Below are positions 1 through 10,577 of a stretch of DNA of 61,820 nt, piece after piece (position 1 is the first letter of the stretch; every line of letters starts with the position of its first letter). Both the position numbers and the translations under genes were made by a program. The DNA comes from an uncultured Clostridium sp. (GTDB taxonomy: Bacteria; Bacillota; Clostridia; TANB77; CAG-508): assembly GCA_958422985.1 (NCBI GenBank), contig CATZPY010000004.1, positions 1-61,820 on the forward strand, given 5' to 3'. The notes below the pieces were generated by a model, which was not told the origin of the DNA, ran no database searches, and saw only the letters and a list, made by a program, of their open reading frames with translations.

Positions 1-596
1 TCGTTATAACATTTTATTTTATATTTTAAGTCCATCTTGTGGTACATTCTAGCTTCTGTTATAAATTTTTCTTCTCCTTCTAGTTCATAACTATATCCTT
101 TTCTTCTATCTTTAAAAAATGCAACTGCTTTTTCACCATCTTCTTGTTGTTTAAAATATAAATCAAACATTGTTGTCTTTTTTTCTTTAAAATCATTTCC
201 TATGTTATTTCCATTTTGGTCATATTTTAAAAAGCATAATGCATATAAGTCTTTTTCATATCTAGATTCTTCGTATGCGTCTTTTATATACAAAAATGCA
301 TTTTCTGCAAAGTAATCGTCAGAATCACATTCTATTATTAAATCACCTCTTGCATATTCCATTAAATGATTTATTGCTGCCATTTTTCCTTGATTCACTT
401 GTTTTAGATACATTACATGTATTTTGTTTTCATCTCTTATTTTACTAACAACAGTTTCTGTTTCATCACTAGATCCATCATCCATTATTAGCCATTCTAC
501 TTCTATTCCTACTTTTAAATTTATTAATATACTTTCATAAAGTCTTTTTAGTAAATTAGCTCTATTGTAAGTTGCTGTTAATATTGATAGTTTCAT
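1..596 (-). CDS. Glycosyltransferase family 2, partial; the C-terminus runs off the left edge of the window
   Basis: My own translation from the ATG at 594-596 gives MKLSILTATYNRANLLKRL...EWLIMDDGSSDE...IIECDSDDYFAE, a GT2 N-terminal fold with a DxD motif. The frame stays open to base 3. It is missing from the ORF track because there is no stop in the window. Confidence 0.8.
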   Translation of the reverse strand, partial: MKLSILTATYNRANLLKRLYESILINLKVGIEVEWLIMDDGSSDETETVVSKIRDENKIHVMYLKQVNQGKMAAINHLMEYARGDLIIECDSDDYFAENAFLYIKDAYEESRYEKDLYALCFLKYDQNGNNIGNDFKEKKTTMFDLYFKQQEDGEKAVAFFKDRRKGYSYELEGEEKFITEARMYHKMDLKYKIKCYN

Positions 597-708
597 AATT
601 GTGCCTCGCATTTTCTATATTTTATTGTGTGCCTTTTATAGAGTTAAATTTTTTATATAAAATCTATCTCTATAAAATTATAGCAAATTCTAGCTTTTTA
701 TTTGCAAT

Positions 709-1851
709 TTATATATCTATAGTGTTTACTTCTTCTTCTAACATTTTTTCTAATCTAGTTATTATTTTACTATTGTCATATTTTTCTTTTTTGTCTGAAA
801 AACTTTCTTTTTTCTTTTGTATTATTTCCTTAAGGTTTGTATATATTGCTTCTTCATTGTTTTTAACAATTACAGAATTTTCGTAATTTTGCAAAGCTTC
901 TCTTGCTGCTGTATCTGTTATTATTATTGGCTTATTTAATATTTTAGCTTCTTCTATAACCATTCCATAACCTTCAAATTCTGAAAGCAAACAGAAAAAT
1001 TTTGCTTGTCTCATATATGGGTATGGATTTTCTTTTTTTCCTAGAAGATGAAATGTATTTTCTACTTTTAAGTTTGATATTTGCTTTTCTAAATTTTCTC
1101 TCTCTGGTCCATCTCCTATTACGTAAAATTCATGTTTAAATCCTTTAGAAATTAGTTTTTTATGAACTCGAATTATTCTATCTATTGCCTTCTGCTTTGT
1201 AAGTCTTGCTACTGTAAGAAATGTAACTTCATTATTTGGTAATTTCTCTTCTATAACTTCTTTTGCTCCTTCTTCTACATTTTTAGGATTTATATAATTG
1301 TAAATAACTCTTTTATGAACTGGCTCTAAGTATTCATTTCTTACATCTTTATATATTTCTGTAAATTTTTCTTTATTGTCTTTGCTTACAAATACTAATG
1401 TTTGATATTTACCATATGTTTTTTTGTCTATTGCAATTTTTATTTTTGCTTTAATATCATTTCCAAATACTTTTGTTATATCGTTATGCACCCAAGCTAT
1501 TTTTCTTGTATTTTTATTTTTTACCCCAAATAATCTAGTAATTGGTCCTTCTAAAAAGGCTATTTCTATATTGTAATCTTTTTTCACATATTTATTATAA
1601 AAATACTTTTTAAATAATAATAATTTTAGTGCTGTTATTTTTTTCTTAATATTAGACATATCGTTAAACTGAAAATTATAAATAGTTTTTAATTTAACAT
1701 TTGGACTTAATTTTTTTTCAAATTCTCCTTTAGCATATATTGTAAAAATTGTAACATCATATTTTTTACTTAGTTCATTTGCTAAATCGACTAAAACTTT
1801 CTCTGCACCACCTAAGGTAAGACTTGTTATACCAAATAATATTTTCTTCAT
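709..1851 (-). CDS. Glycosyltransferase family 4 (GT-B, group 1)
   Basis: 380 aa. N-terminus MKKILFGITSLTLGGAEKVLVDLANEL; C-terminal EFEGYGMVIEEA matches the GT4 E-x7-E region. Confidence 0.85.
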   Translation of the reverse strand: MKKILFGITSLTLGGAEKVLVDLANELSKKYDVTIFTIYAKGEFEKKLSPNVKLKTIYNFQFNDMSNIKKKITALKLLLFKKYFYNKYVKKDYNIEIAFLEGPITRLFGVKNKNTRKIAWVHNDITKVFGNDIKAKIKIAIDKKTYGKYQTLVFVSKDNKEKFTEIYKDVRNEYLEPVHKRVIYNYINPKNVEEGAKEVIEEKLPNNEVTFLTVARLTKQKAIDRIIRVHKKLISKGFKHEFYVIGDGPERENLEKQISNLKVENTFHLLGKKENPYPYMRQAKFFCLLSEFEGYGMVIEEAKILNKPIIITDTAAREALQNYENSVIVKNNEEAIYTNLKEIIQKKKESFSDKKEKYDNSKIITRLEKMLEEEVNTIDI

Positions 1852-1900
1852 AGTATTCTCCTATAAATATATTTATACTCTAAAATTTTCTAGTTATAAT

Positions 1901-3343
1901 TTAAATATTCATACTCTTTTTTATTGTACAAATTTTGTTTATTAATAAAGCACATATAACTGCTATAAATGTAACTGTAGACATATTAAAAAATACATAT
2001 CCCGAAAATACAGATATTGCAAATGCCATTCCTATTCCTAAAATATACATTATATATTCTGTGTCTATTTTCTTTATTTTTCTTATTCCAAAATATATTC
2101 CATACACAAAAATTGCAAGGAATGGTCCCAAATATAGTAAAAATCCTAATATTCCAAAATTAAATAAAAATGCTGGTATGTCCATTTCTAGCACTAATTC
2201 TCTGTATTGGTTCATATAACCATTTCCAAATATTATAAGTAATGGGTTTGCTTGGTTCTTTACTAATAGTGCGTTATAAATTAATTGTTGCATACGTTGG
2301 TCGTTATTGGTTATTTCTAGCTTGTTTGCTATATCATATAATTCTAACAGAGATTTCTTTTGAGCTTCATTCATATATGTATCTTCTATTTGTCCATTAT
2401 CTATTTTTTCTTTAATCTCCATTAGGCTACCTGTAATATGTGCTTCTTGGTTTGTTGTTTTATCTACAATATTTGACTCTATTTCTTTTAGATGTTTTCT
2501 TCTTTCTATCGTATTTGAGCCTACCGCTGTAACTATAATTAAAACTACAACTATTGCAGAAATTCCACCAATTATTATTTTCTTGTTTATCTTTGAATTT
2601 TTAATTATCTTTCCAATTATTTCTGCAAAAACAAATGATAATAATGCAATTATAAATCCTAATAATCCTACTCTCGTTCCTATTAGCAGACATAAGAATA
2701 TTCCAAGTATAATTATTTCACCTATAATTATCTTTTTATAATTTTTATTTCCATTGCTTAATAATACAAATAAAGATAAAACTAAAATTGCACTAATGCT
2801 GTTTCCTGATTCAAACCAACCTTTTATTCCAGTTCCTTCTTCTATATATGTAGAAGATGATGTATTAGTTATAAGTGATAATATTATTGATGCAATATAA
2901 ATTGATACTGCGGAAATCACTCCTTTTTGTAGCTTTCCCTTATCTTTATCTTTAAAAGTGCAAATATAAATAAATAAGATTATTATTGTAAATGTATAAT
3001 TCATTACATATTGCATTTCGTGCACTACATTACTATAACTAAAACCTGTATTTACTGTATTAAATAGCAATAAATGTACTAATGCATAAATTCCATAAAT
3101 TACTGTTATAATAAATATCTTTAATTTATTCTTGCTCTTTATAAATATGTCTATAAATACTATTAATGGAATTAGTGGCCTTAATATTGTAGAAGGTGAC
3201 ATACTTGTATTAAATGTGTTTCTAAATACAAAACTTACTATATCAAAAATTGGACATAGTATTAAAAATATTACTAATAAATTTTCCATTAAATTTTTGG
3301 TATTTATTTTCTTTTTTTCTATTTTTACTGAATCTTTTTTCAT
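1901..3343 (-). CDS. O-antigen polymerase/ligase-like (Wzy-type) polytopic membrane protein
   Basis: 480 aa with at least 10 hydrophobic segments and a large loop (residues ~280-350). It lies inside a glycosyltransferase cluster. Confidence 0.6.
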   Translation of the reverse strand: MKKDSVKIEKKKINTKNLMENLLVIFLILCPIFDIVSFVFRNTFNTSMSPSTILRPLIPLIVFIDIFIKSKNKLKIFIITVIYGIYALVHLLLFNTVNTGFSYSNVVHEMQYVMNYTFTIIILFIYICTFKDKDKGKLQKGVISAVSIYIASIILSLITNTSSSTYIEEGTGIKGWFESGNSISAILVLSLFVLLSNGNKNYKKIIIGEIIILGIFLCLLIGTRVGLLGFIIALLSFVFAEIIGKIIKNSKINKKIIIGGISAIVVVLIIVTAVGSNTIERRKHLKEIESNIVDKTTNQEAHITGSLMEIKEKIDNGQIEDTYMNEAQKKSLLELYDIANKLEITNNDQRMQQLIYNALLVKNQANPLLIIFGNGYMNQYRELVLEMDIPAFLFNFGILGFLLYLGPFLAIFVYGIYFGIRKIKKIDTEYIMYILGIGMAFAISVFSGYVFFNMSTVTFIAVICALLINKICTIKKSMNI

Positions 3344-3393
3344 AGTTGCTCCTTAAATAATAAATATATATTTTTTTGTAATGTTTTAAAATT

Positions 3394-4381
3394 TTATGCA
3401 AATTTTCTTTGTATTTTTTTTCGTATAAACTTTATTCTCCCTAATTTTTCGTATACTTTTAATGTTTTTTCATTTACACTTTTCATATATTTATTTTTTA
3501 ACCCTTTTTCTTTTAAATACTCATTTTCTTTCCATTTTGGAAATGTTTTGTTTAATTTTTCCCAAGCATAGCTTATAGCTTCATTTCTTTCTTCTTTGTT
3601 TTCAATCATTATCATTCTAATCATAGAACTACATAGTAAATACCTTGCATAATTGTATTCTAACTCATTTTTATATTTTTCGTATATGTTGTTTTCTTTG
3701 TAAAATTCTAGTACATTGTCTAACACATCTATTATTTCGGTTGTTTTAACTGTTTGTGTGTTAGAAATAGAATTATCACGTTGCACATAATGTATAAATG
3801 GCTTCTTTACTATTGATATAGTATTTATATATGGTACTAATTTATAAAAAAATTCTACATCTTCATATCTTAACCCTACTGGAAATTTAATTTTTGTTTT
3901 TTCTAATAATTCTCTTTTTATTAGTTTATTCCATGCTACTACTCTTGCATTTAATATCATGTCTTTCCTATCTTTATATGCTCTTCCTTTACTTTCTATT
4001 GTTTCTTCTGGATATTCCCATAAGTAGTCACATTCTACAACATCTGCTTTATCTATTTTAGCAGTTTCATACATTTCTTCATACATTTCTTCTTCTACAT
4101 AATCATCAGAGTCTAAAAATGCAATATATTCCCCTGTAGCATATGGCAATGCATAATTTCTTGCATCAGATAATCCTCCGTTTTCTTTTTCTAAATATAC
4201 TATTTTAGTTGGGTATTTTCTTCTATACTCTTTTGCTATTTCTTCTGACCCATCTTTACTTCCGGTCATTTACTAAAATTATTTCTATTTCTTCTAATGA
4301 TTGTTCTAGTAATGATTTTATTGATCTTTCTATATATTCTTCCACATTGTAAAATGGAACTATAACGCTAACTTTTTTCAT
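3394..4381 (-). pseudogene. Glycosyltransferase family 2, interrupted by a +1 frameshift at an in-frame CGG (4262-4264)
   Basis: The N-terminal piece 4381->4256 reads MKKVSVIVPFYNVEEYIERSIKSLLEQSLEEIEIILVNDRK*. The ORF 3394..4269 continues with ...GSKDGSEEIAKEY...LDSDDYV. Skipping base 4264 restores the conserved VNDGSKDGS motif. Confidence 0.85.
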
Positions 4382-4510
4382 TTTTATAATTCATTCCTTT
4401 CGTTTCGATAAAGGGATAGCATAGTATAAAGCAATCTTTTGTACAAAATTGGTATAATGAACCTATACTTTTAATTTATATTTACTTTTTCTAGTTATTT
4501 TTAATATTTT

Positions 4511-5458
4511 CTATTTCGTCTGTAAATACCATTTAATGTTTATACATAGCATAATTCTTTTTATTAATTGTTTTAAATTTCTTATTTTTATATTTTTTAC
4601 CATTTTTCTTTGTTGTATTTCTTTAATAAATTCTTCTTGCTCTTTTTCATGTAATTCCTTTGTTTTTAATATTATTGCATTAGTATAATAAATTCTTAAG
4701 TTCTGTTTTGTTCTTTTATTAAGATTAAATTCATTAATTAATTTAATAGCATTATCATAATGTTTTAAAGCATCATATGCTTTTTTTATAGTCTTATTAT
4801 AGTCTTCATTTCTTGTTATGCTATTATCACTTTGAACATAATAGTAACCATAAAAATTTATAGAAGCAATTGTTTTAGCAAGTACAACAATAAAAGGAAT
4901 TAATCCAAAATCTTCATGTTCTGTTCCAATCGCAAACTTCAAATCATTTCTTACAAATATATCTTTTTTTATTAAATATACACAAGGAGAATCTAATAAT
5001 ACATCTGTTGAATATAAGTCATTAAACCCTTCTTCTCCTGTTTTTGTTTCGAATGTTGCACCTGGTACTATTTCTAAAGTTTTCCCAGAATCATCCACTC
5101 TTTGCAATTTAAATTTTATTAATTCTACTTCATTATTAATATAATTTTCCAAGTTTTTAAATAAGGCTTTATCAATATAATCATCCGAATCTAAAAACAT
5201 TATATAATCACCAGTAGCTTTTTCTATTCCAAAATTCCTAGTATCAGCAACACCAGTGTTTTCTTTTTTATAATAACTAATTAAATTTGGGTACTTATCT
5301 TTATATTCTTTAATAATAATTTCAGAATTATCCTTACTTCCATCATTAATAATTACCAACTCTAAATTTGGATAATTTTGTTCTATTACCGAATCAAAAC
5401 ATCTTTTTAAATATTTTTCCGTATTATATACCGGAATAACAACACTAATCTTTTTCAT
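4511..5458 (-). CDS. Glycosyltransferase family 2
   Basis: 315 aa. MKKISVVIPVYNTEKYLKRCFDSVIEQNYPNLELVIINDGSKDNS...FLDSDDY. Confidence 0.85.
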   Translation of the reverse strand: MKKISVVIPVYNTEKYLKRCFDSVIEQNYPNLELVIINDGSKDNSEIIIKEYKDKYPNLISYYKKENTGVADTRNFGIEKATGDYIMFLDSDDYIDKALFKNLENYINNEVELIKFKLQRVDDSGKTLEIVPGATFETKTGEEGFNDLYSTDVLLDSPCVYLIKKDIFVRNDLKFAIGTEHEDFGLIPFIVVLAKTIASINFYGYYYVQSDNSITRNEDYNKTIKKAYDALKHYDNAIKLINEFNLNKRTKQNLRIYYTNAIILKTKELHEKEQEEFIKEIQQRKMVKNIKIRNLKQLIKRIMLCINIKWYLQTK

Positions 5459-5471
5459 TTATTCTCCATTT

Positions 5472-6560
5472 CTATAAAAGCGTTTTTAATGTTTCATATA
5501 TTTTATTGTTATATTCTTCTGAATCAAATTTCTTGGTTATTTCGTAACCTTTTTCTATGTATTGTTTCATAGCTTTATAAATTTCGTTTTCATCTTTTTC
5601 TACAACTATTCCATGGCCTTCTATCTGCTCAGAATCTGAAACATTTGTAGTTATAATTGGCTTTTGCATTACAAAAGATTCTAAATATACTACTGGATAA
5701 CCTTCATAATCTGAAGATAATACTACACAATCTGCTAACTTAAAATATGGATATGGATTTTTCTTTCTTCCTAAGAAAATAATTTCTTTTTCTAATTTTT
5801 TTTCTTTTACTTGTTTTCTGTAAAGCTCTGTATCTGGCCCATCTCCTATCAATATTATCCTAAATTTTTTATTATCTTTTTTTAGTTTTTCTGCTGAACA
5901 AATTATTCTTGTTAACCTCTTTTGTTTTTCATCATGTCTTCCAACATTTAAAAATGTAACTACATTTTCTTTTTTCAAATCATTTATAGTTTCTTCAGCT
6001 TTATTTAATATTCGTTTATAATTTATTAAATTATTACATACGCAAACTCTATCCTTTAATTTTGGAAAAACTTTTATAAAGCTTTCTTTTCCTTCCTCTG
6101 AAACAAACACAATATTTTTAAATTTTGATATTTTCCTTTTATTAAAAAATTCTTTCATTTCTTCTATATTATTATTGTATAAAGATAGATAATCAGCATG
6201 TCCCCATATAGCATTATTCTTTGAGCATGTTCTTGCTATAAAGCTTGATGGTATTGAATATGTTGCAAAACTTGCTGAAAAATCAAATTTATTTTTGTAT
6301 TTTTTTATAAATTTATATCTTTTTATTAAATTACTTATTTTTCGTTTAATTACATTCTTTTCATTTGATGGTGCATATTCTATTATATTTATATTTGGAG
6401 AAATTTTGTCTAAAAAAACTCCCTCTTTTTTTTCTAAAGCAATTGTTATTTCATAACCTTTTTCTAGCAAAAAATTTGTAAGAGTTACAAGCGATGTTTC
6501 TATTCCACCTAGGTCTAAATTATATGCTGCAAATAATATTTTTTTCATACTAAATTTCAT
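5472..6560 (-). CDS. Glycosyltransferase family 4; the likely start is the internal ATG at 6548 (MKKILFAAYNLDLGGIE)
   Basis: 362 aa. GT4 N-terminus (LGGIETS) and C-terminal SDYEGYPVVYLES motif. Confidence 0.85.
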   Translation of the reverse strand: MKFSMKKILFAAYNLDLGGIETSLVTLTNFLLEKGYEITIALEKKEGVFLDKISPNINIIEYAPSNEKNVIKRKISNLIKRYKFIKKYKNKFDFSASFATYSIPSSFIARTCSKNNAIWGHADYLSLYNNNIEEMKEFFNKRKISKFKNIVFVSEEGKESFIKVFPKLKDRVCVCNNLINYKRILNKAEETINDLKKENVVTFLNVGRHDEKQKRLTRIICSAEKLKKDNKKFRIILIGDGPDTELYRKQVKEKKLEKEIIFLGRKKNPYPYFKLADCVVLSSDYEGYPVVYLESFVMQKPIITTNVSDSEQIEGHGIVVEKDENEIYKAMKQYIEKGYEITKKFDSEEYNNKIYETLKTLL

Positions 6561-6780
6561 TCCTTTCCCTCTTCACTCGCAAGGCTACACATAGTTATGG
6601 AATTTTTATTTTTTCATACTATTTTCTCCTTATTTCTGCTATTTTTTCTTATGTCATTGTATATTAAAACTGCTTGTGTGTCAATCAAATTAAAGCTTAA
6701 GGCGTTTTATTTTTCCTTAAGCTTTATATTTTCTTTTTTATATAATTAACTTCTTTGTTATATACTAGTTTATGTAATTT

Positions 6781-7260
6781 TTAATTATTATCTATAAAAT
6801 CTTCAATTAAATTTATCATATGTTCTGTTTTACTTTCAAATTTTTTAGGCTGAAATTCTTTTGCTCTTTCTAATGCTTCTTCTAAATCTTTTAGTTCAGT
6901 TATACCTATTAAAAATTCTTGACTATTAAAAGAATCTATTATTTGAATTTGGTGGTCATTTATGTGTTCTCCAAATTCACTTAAACGTGGTACTGCAATA
7001 ACTTTTTTTCCCATTTTTAGTGCCATAACTATAGAACCAACCCCACCATGTGTTATTACTAAGTCTGACTTTTTCATTAGTTCTGCAAGCTTTTCTTCTG
7101 GCATTAAACTATGTATTTCCATATCTTTTGACGCATATTTAGTTCTACCTGCTTGAACAATAACTTTCTCTGTTATTACTTTTTTATCTATTAGTCTTTG
7201 CACTTCTTCTAGTAATCTATGAAAACTATTATCTTGTGTTCCTAATAATATTAAAATCAA
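6781..7260 (-). CDS. Alg13-like / PssE-Cps14G-type glycosyltransferase catalytic subunit (Glyco_tran_28_C)
   Basis: ILILLGTQDNSFHRLL...ITHGGVGSI motif. I place the start at the TTG at 7258-7260, 8 nt after a GGAGG. This start overlaps the TGA of the upstream gene (TTGA). The longer 7314 start in the ORF track would overlap that gene by 58 nt. Confidence 0.72.
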   Translation of the reverse strand: MILILLGTQDNSFHRLLEEVQRLIDKKVITEKVIVQAGRTKYASKDMEIHSLMPEEKLAELMKKSDLVITHGGVGSIVMALKMGKKVIAVPRLSEFGEHINDHQIQIIDSFNSQEFLIGITELKDLEEALERAKEFQPKKFESKTEHMINLIEDFIDNN

Positions 7261-7730
7261 TATATTGAACCTCCTAATTTTGCTTTTGGGTATAGTTTTA
7301 ACATTTCTTCCCATTGCACTATAAATAAATCTGCAAATTTATAAACTAATTTTCCTGTTGATGTTTTAGAATTTCTATTTGCAAATGTTTCTATATATAT
7401 AATTTTACTTCCGAATATTTTGCCTAATACGCACATTGGACCTGCATTATGTGTTCCAGTTGTTACTATGTATTTAGGTCTAATTTTTATAAAATAAATT
7501 ACTGTTAATATACAATTCCATAAAAATTTAAATGGGTACACAAGTGGATGTGTCCTTGTAGCATATAACATATATGAAATCTTTTTTCCATATTCTTTTT
7601 TAAAACCTTCTGTAAATTTGTCTTTTTCGGTAATTATATGGTAATCATATTTTTTAAACATTGGCTTTAACTGCATAAGTTCATTAAAATGTCCACCTGT
7701 GCTAGATATAAATAGTACTCTCTTTTTCAT
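7257..7730 (-). CDS. Alg14-like / PssD-Cps14F-type glycosyltransferase membrane/accessory subunit
   Basis: 157 aa. MKKRVLFISSTGGHFNELMQL...YIETFANRNSKTSTGKL, the typical Alg14 family pattern. It is translationally coupled to the Alg13-like gene. Confidence 0.72.
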   Translation of the reverse strand: MKKRVLFISSTGGHFNELMQLKPMFKKYDYHIITEKDKFTEGFKKEYGKKISYMLYATRTHPLVYPFKFLWNCILTVIYFIKIRPKYIVTTGTHNAGPMCVLGKIFGSKIIYIETFANRNSKTSTGKLVYKFADLFIVQWEEMLKLYPKAKLGGSIY

Positions 7731-7829
7731 TTTGTCTTCTACTTTCTTTAAATTATACTTTACTCTTTGGTCTTATATTCATAGTAGTTGTTTTAGTATC
7801 TTATATTTGATATTCCTTTAAACTATGTT

Positions 7830-9692
7830 TTATTCTTTTGTCTTATCTTTTTGAAGTTCTACATATCTTTTTATTTTCATTGTTGTTGTTTTAGCAAATT
7901 CGTCATGTTTTAATTCTAGATTTTTTATTGCTTTATATGATGTTAAACTTTTATTTACTTCTTTTATTTTGTTCCAAATTATTTTGTGTATTTCTTCTTC
8001 TTTTAAGTCTTTTCCATGTAATCTTTCTATTTCTTCATTGTTTGGTATTACTTTTACAGAAATTATTAGTTCTTTTTCACCTTCTACTTCTTTACCATAT
8101 ACCATACATTCCGCAATTTCTGGTATCTTTGATAATAAAAGCTCTATTTCTTCTGGGTAAATATTTTTTCCGTTTTGTGTTACTATAACATTTTTGCTTC
8201 TTCCTGTAACATATACATATCCATCTTTATCTTGATATCCAATATCTCCAGAATTAAACCAGCCATCATATACTACTTCTTTTGTTGCTTCTTCATCTTC
8301 ATAATAACCAAGCATTAATGTTTTACTCTTTATCCAAATTTCTCCTTCGCCATTTTCATTTGGATTATGTATTTTTATTTGAGCACAATTTACTGGAATA
8401 CCTACAGAGCCTACTCTTGGATCACATTCTGGTGTAAGTGCTGCAATAGGAGCTGTTTCTGTTAAACCATATCCCTGTAAAAATTCTATTCCTATATCTT
8501 GAACCCATCTTCCTATTTTTTTATCTATTGGTGCTGCAGCAGAAACTATTATTCTCATATTCCCACCTAAATTGTCATATATTTCTTTAAATACTTTTCT
8601 TTTTATGTCTATTCCAACACCTTTTAAAGCATTTGTTACATGTATCATAGAATTTACAAGTCCTGCTTTTCCACTTTTTTCTATAGTTTGATTAATTTTT
8701 TTGTATAAGTTTTCTACTAACAATGGAACAGCAAGCATTGCAGTTGGCTTTGCTTCTTGCATATCTGGAACAATATATCTTAATCCACCACAAACGGTAA
8801 CTGAAGAGCCATTTGCAAATGGCAGTAAAGCTCCAATTGAAGATTCATATGTATGATGAAGTGGTAATACAGAAAAAAATCTATCACTTTCATATATTTT
8901 TACATATTTTGAAACTGCGTTTACATTTTCAGCTAAGTTTCTGTGGCATAACATAACACCTTTTGCTTGTGAAGTAGTTCCAGAAGTAAATATTAAAAAT
9001 TTAAATTCTTCTGGGTCTATTTCTATATCCATATATTCTGTATTTCCTGAGTCTGTTATTTTCTTACCCTCTTCTATTACTTTTTGTATTCCTATATCTC
9101 TACCTTGTAAATTTGCTTCACTATTCATTTCGATAAAATATTTAACCATTGGAAGATTATCTTTTATTTTATCTATTGCATCTTTTTTCTTTTTAGAAAA
9201 GATTACAGCAGATGCACGTGAACGTTTTATTACATTTTCTATTTCGTTGTTTGGTAATTCTTTATCTACTGGAACAGCAATTCCTGCACCACATAAAATA
9301 GAAAAGTAAGATACATACCAATAATATGTGTTTTCACCTATTATTATAATTCTTTCACCTTTTAAGTTTAAATGCTTTATAAGACCAGTTCCTAAATTAA
9401 TAACATCATTACCAAATCTTTCATAAGTAAATTCTTCAAATTTAGCCTTATGGTCATGTCCTGGTCTTTCTAAAATATAAATGTTATTTTTATATTTTTC
9501 TATAGATCTTTTAAAAATCTCTTTTACATCTGTGTAATGAGTTTCTTCATAAAACTTATTTTTAAACTTTTTATCTTTCATTTTTTCTATTTGATCATAA
9601 TTAATTTGCATTTCTTCAATGTCTTCCATACCTTCCATTTTCATTTTAGGAAATTTAAAATCTGGCATTTTAAAATCTCTTAATATTCTCAT
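7830..9692 (-). CDS. AMP-dependent long-chain acyl-CoA synthetase/ligase
   Basis: 620 aa. AMP-binding signature FTSGTTSQAKGVML, plus GYGLTET and TGDIGY..DGY..GRSK motifs. Confidence 0.85.
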   Translation of the reverse strand: MRILRDFKMPDFKFPKMKMEGMEDIEEMQINYDQIEKMKDKKFKNKFYEETHYTDVKEIFKRSIEKYKNNIYILERPGHDHKAKFEEFTYERFGNDVINLGTGLIKHLNLKGERIIIIGENTYYWYVSYFSILCGAGIAVPVDKELPNNEIENVIKRSRASAVIFSKKKKDAIDKIKDNLPMVKYFIEMNSEANLQGRDIGIQKVIEEGKKITDSGNTEYMDIEIDPEEFKFLIFTSGTTSQAKGVMLCHRNLAENVNAVSKYVKIYESDRFFSVLPLHHTYESSIGALLPFANGSSVTVCGGLRYIVPDMQEAKPTAMLAVPLLVENLYKKINQTIEKSGKAGLVNSMIHVTNALKGVGIDIKRKVFKEIYDNLGGNMRIIVSAAAPIDKKIGRWVQDIGIEFLQGYGLTETAPIAALTPECDPRVGSVGIPVNCAQIKIHNPNENGEGEIWIKSKTLMLGYYEDEEATKEVVYDGWFNSGDIGYQDKDGYVYVTGRSKNVIVTQNGKNIYPEEIELLLSKIPEIAECMVYGKEVEGEKELIISVKVIPNNEEIERLHGKDLKEEEIHKIIWNKIKEVNKSLTSYKAIKNLELKHDEFAKTTTMKIKRYVELQKDKTKE

Positions 9693-9844
9693 AATTATCT
9701 CACTCCTATACTTTTACTATTATGTCACAATAATTAAATTTTGTAAATAATTTTTCCCGTTTCTGTACTACCCAGTACAATTGTAATTTTATTTTTTATA
9801 TGTTAAAATACTACAAATTCACAAAATTATAAGGAGGCTTTAAA

Positions 9845-10573
9845 ATGGCTTTTTTTGAACACGATTTTGAAATTGGATTACGAGATATAGAAAATCCTAA
9901 TTTTCTGAGTAATAAATCTATATTAGCTTTTTTAGAAAACATCGGTTCCTATCATTCAGATAGCATTAACTTTGGGCTTAATAGCATACCTTTAACACAC
10001 TCATCTTGGGTATTACTTGGTTGGAAAGTACAAGTATTAAAAAGACCTGTTTATGGCGATAAATTGCACATTGTAACATGGGCAAAAAACACAGAAAAGT
10101 TTTCTACTTATCGTGACTTTGAAGTGTATAATAGTAATAACGAACTAGTTATTATTGCGACTTCTAAATGGGTTTTAATTGATACAACTACTGGAAGGTT
10201 AAAACCTATTCCCGAAGAAGTAATCGCTTTATATAAACCTGATACAAAAAATGCACTTCCTGAAGAAGAAAGTTTACTAAAAAAATTAAATGTTTCTGAA
10301 AATTATACTTCTTCTTGTACATATACTGTTAGTCGTTCTCAAATTGATTTAAATAACCATATGCATAATTTATATTACTTAGATATGGCTTATGAAGTAT
10401 TACCAGAAGATGTTTATAACAATATGTTTAATTATTTTGAAATATCTTATAAAAAGCAAATTCGACTTCACGAACAAGTAAAATGTTACTATACTTTTGA
10501 AGAAAATACTCATAAAGTAATTGTAAAAAGTTTAGATGGAAAAATAACTCATGCAATTATATTCTTACGATAA
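9845..10573 (+). CDS. Acyl-ACP thioesterase (FatA/B-like double hot-dog)
   Basis: 242 aa. Length and pattern (WVLLGWKV...TSKWVLID...DLNNHMHN) match the acyl-ACP thioesterase family. An AGGAGG RBS lies at 9832-9837. Confidence 0.78.
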   Translation: MAFFEHDFEIGLRDIENPNFLSNKSILAFLENIGSYHSDSINFGLNSIPLTHSSWVLLGWKVQVLKRPVYGDKLHIVTWAKNTEKFSTYRDFEVYNSNNELVIIATSKWVLIDTTTGRLKPIPEEVIALYKPDTKNALPEEESLLKKLNVSENYTSSCTYTVSRSQIDLNNHMHNLYYLDMAYEVLPEDVYNNMFNYFEISYKKQIRLHEQVKCYYTFEENTHKVIVKSLDGKITHAIIFLR

Positions 10574-10577
10574 ACAT

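Noticed and set aside
7261-7314. The upstream ATG start (7314) for the Alg13-like gene, the 19883 start for comFC, and the 57992 start for recA.
   Set aside because: These extensions overlap the preceding gene or lack an RBS. Internal starts at 7260 (TTG), 19811 and 57971 have canonical GGAGG-type RBSs and match the family N-termini.
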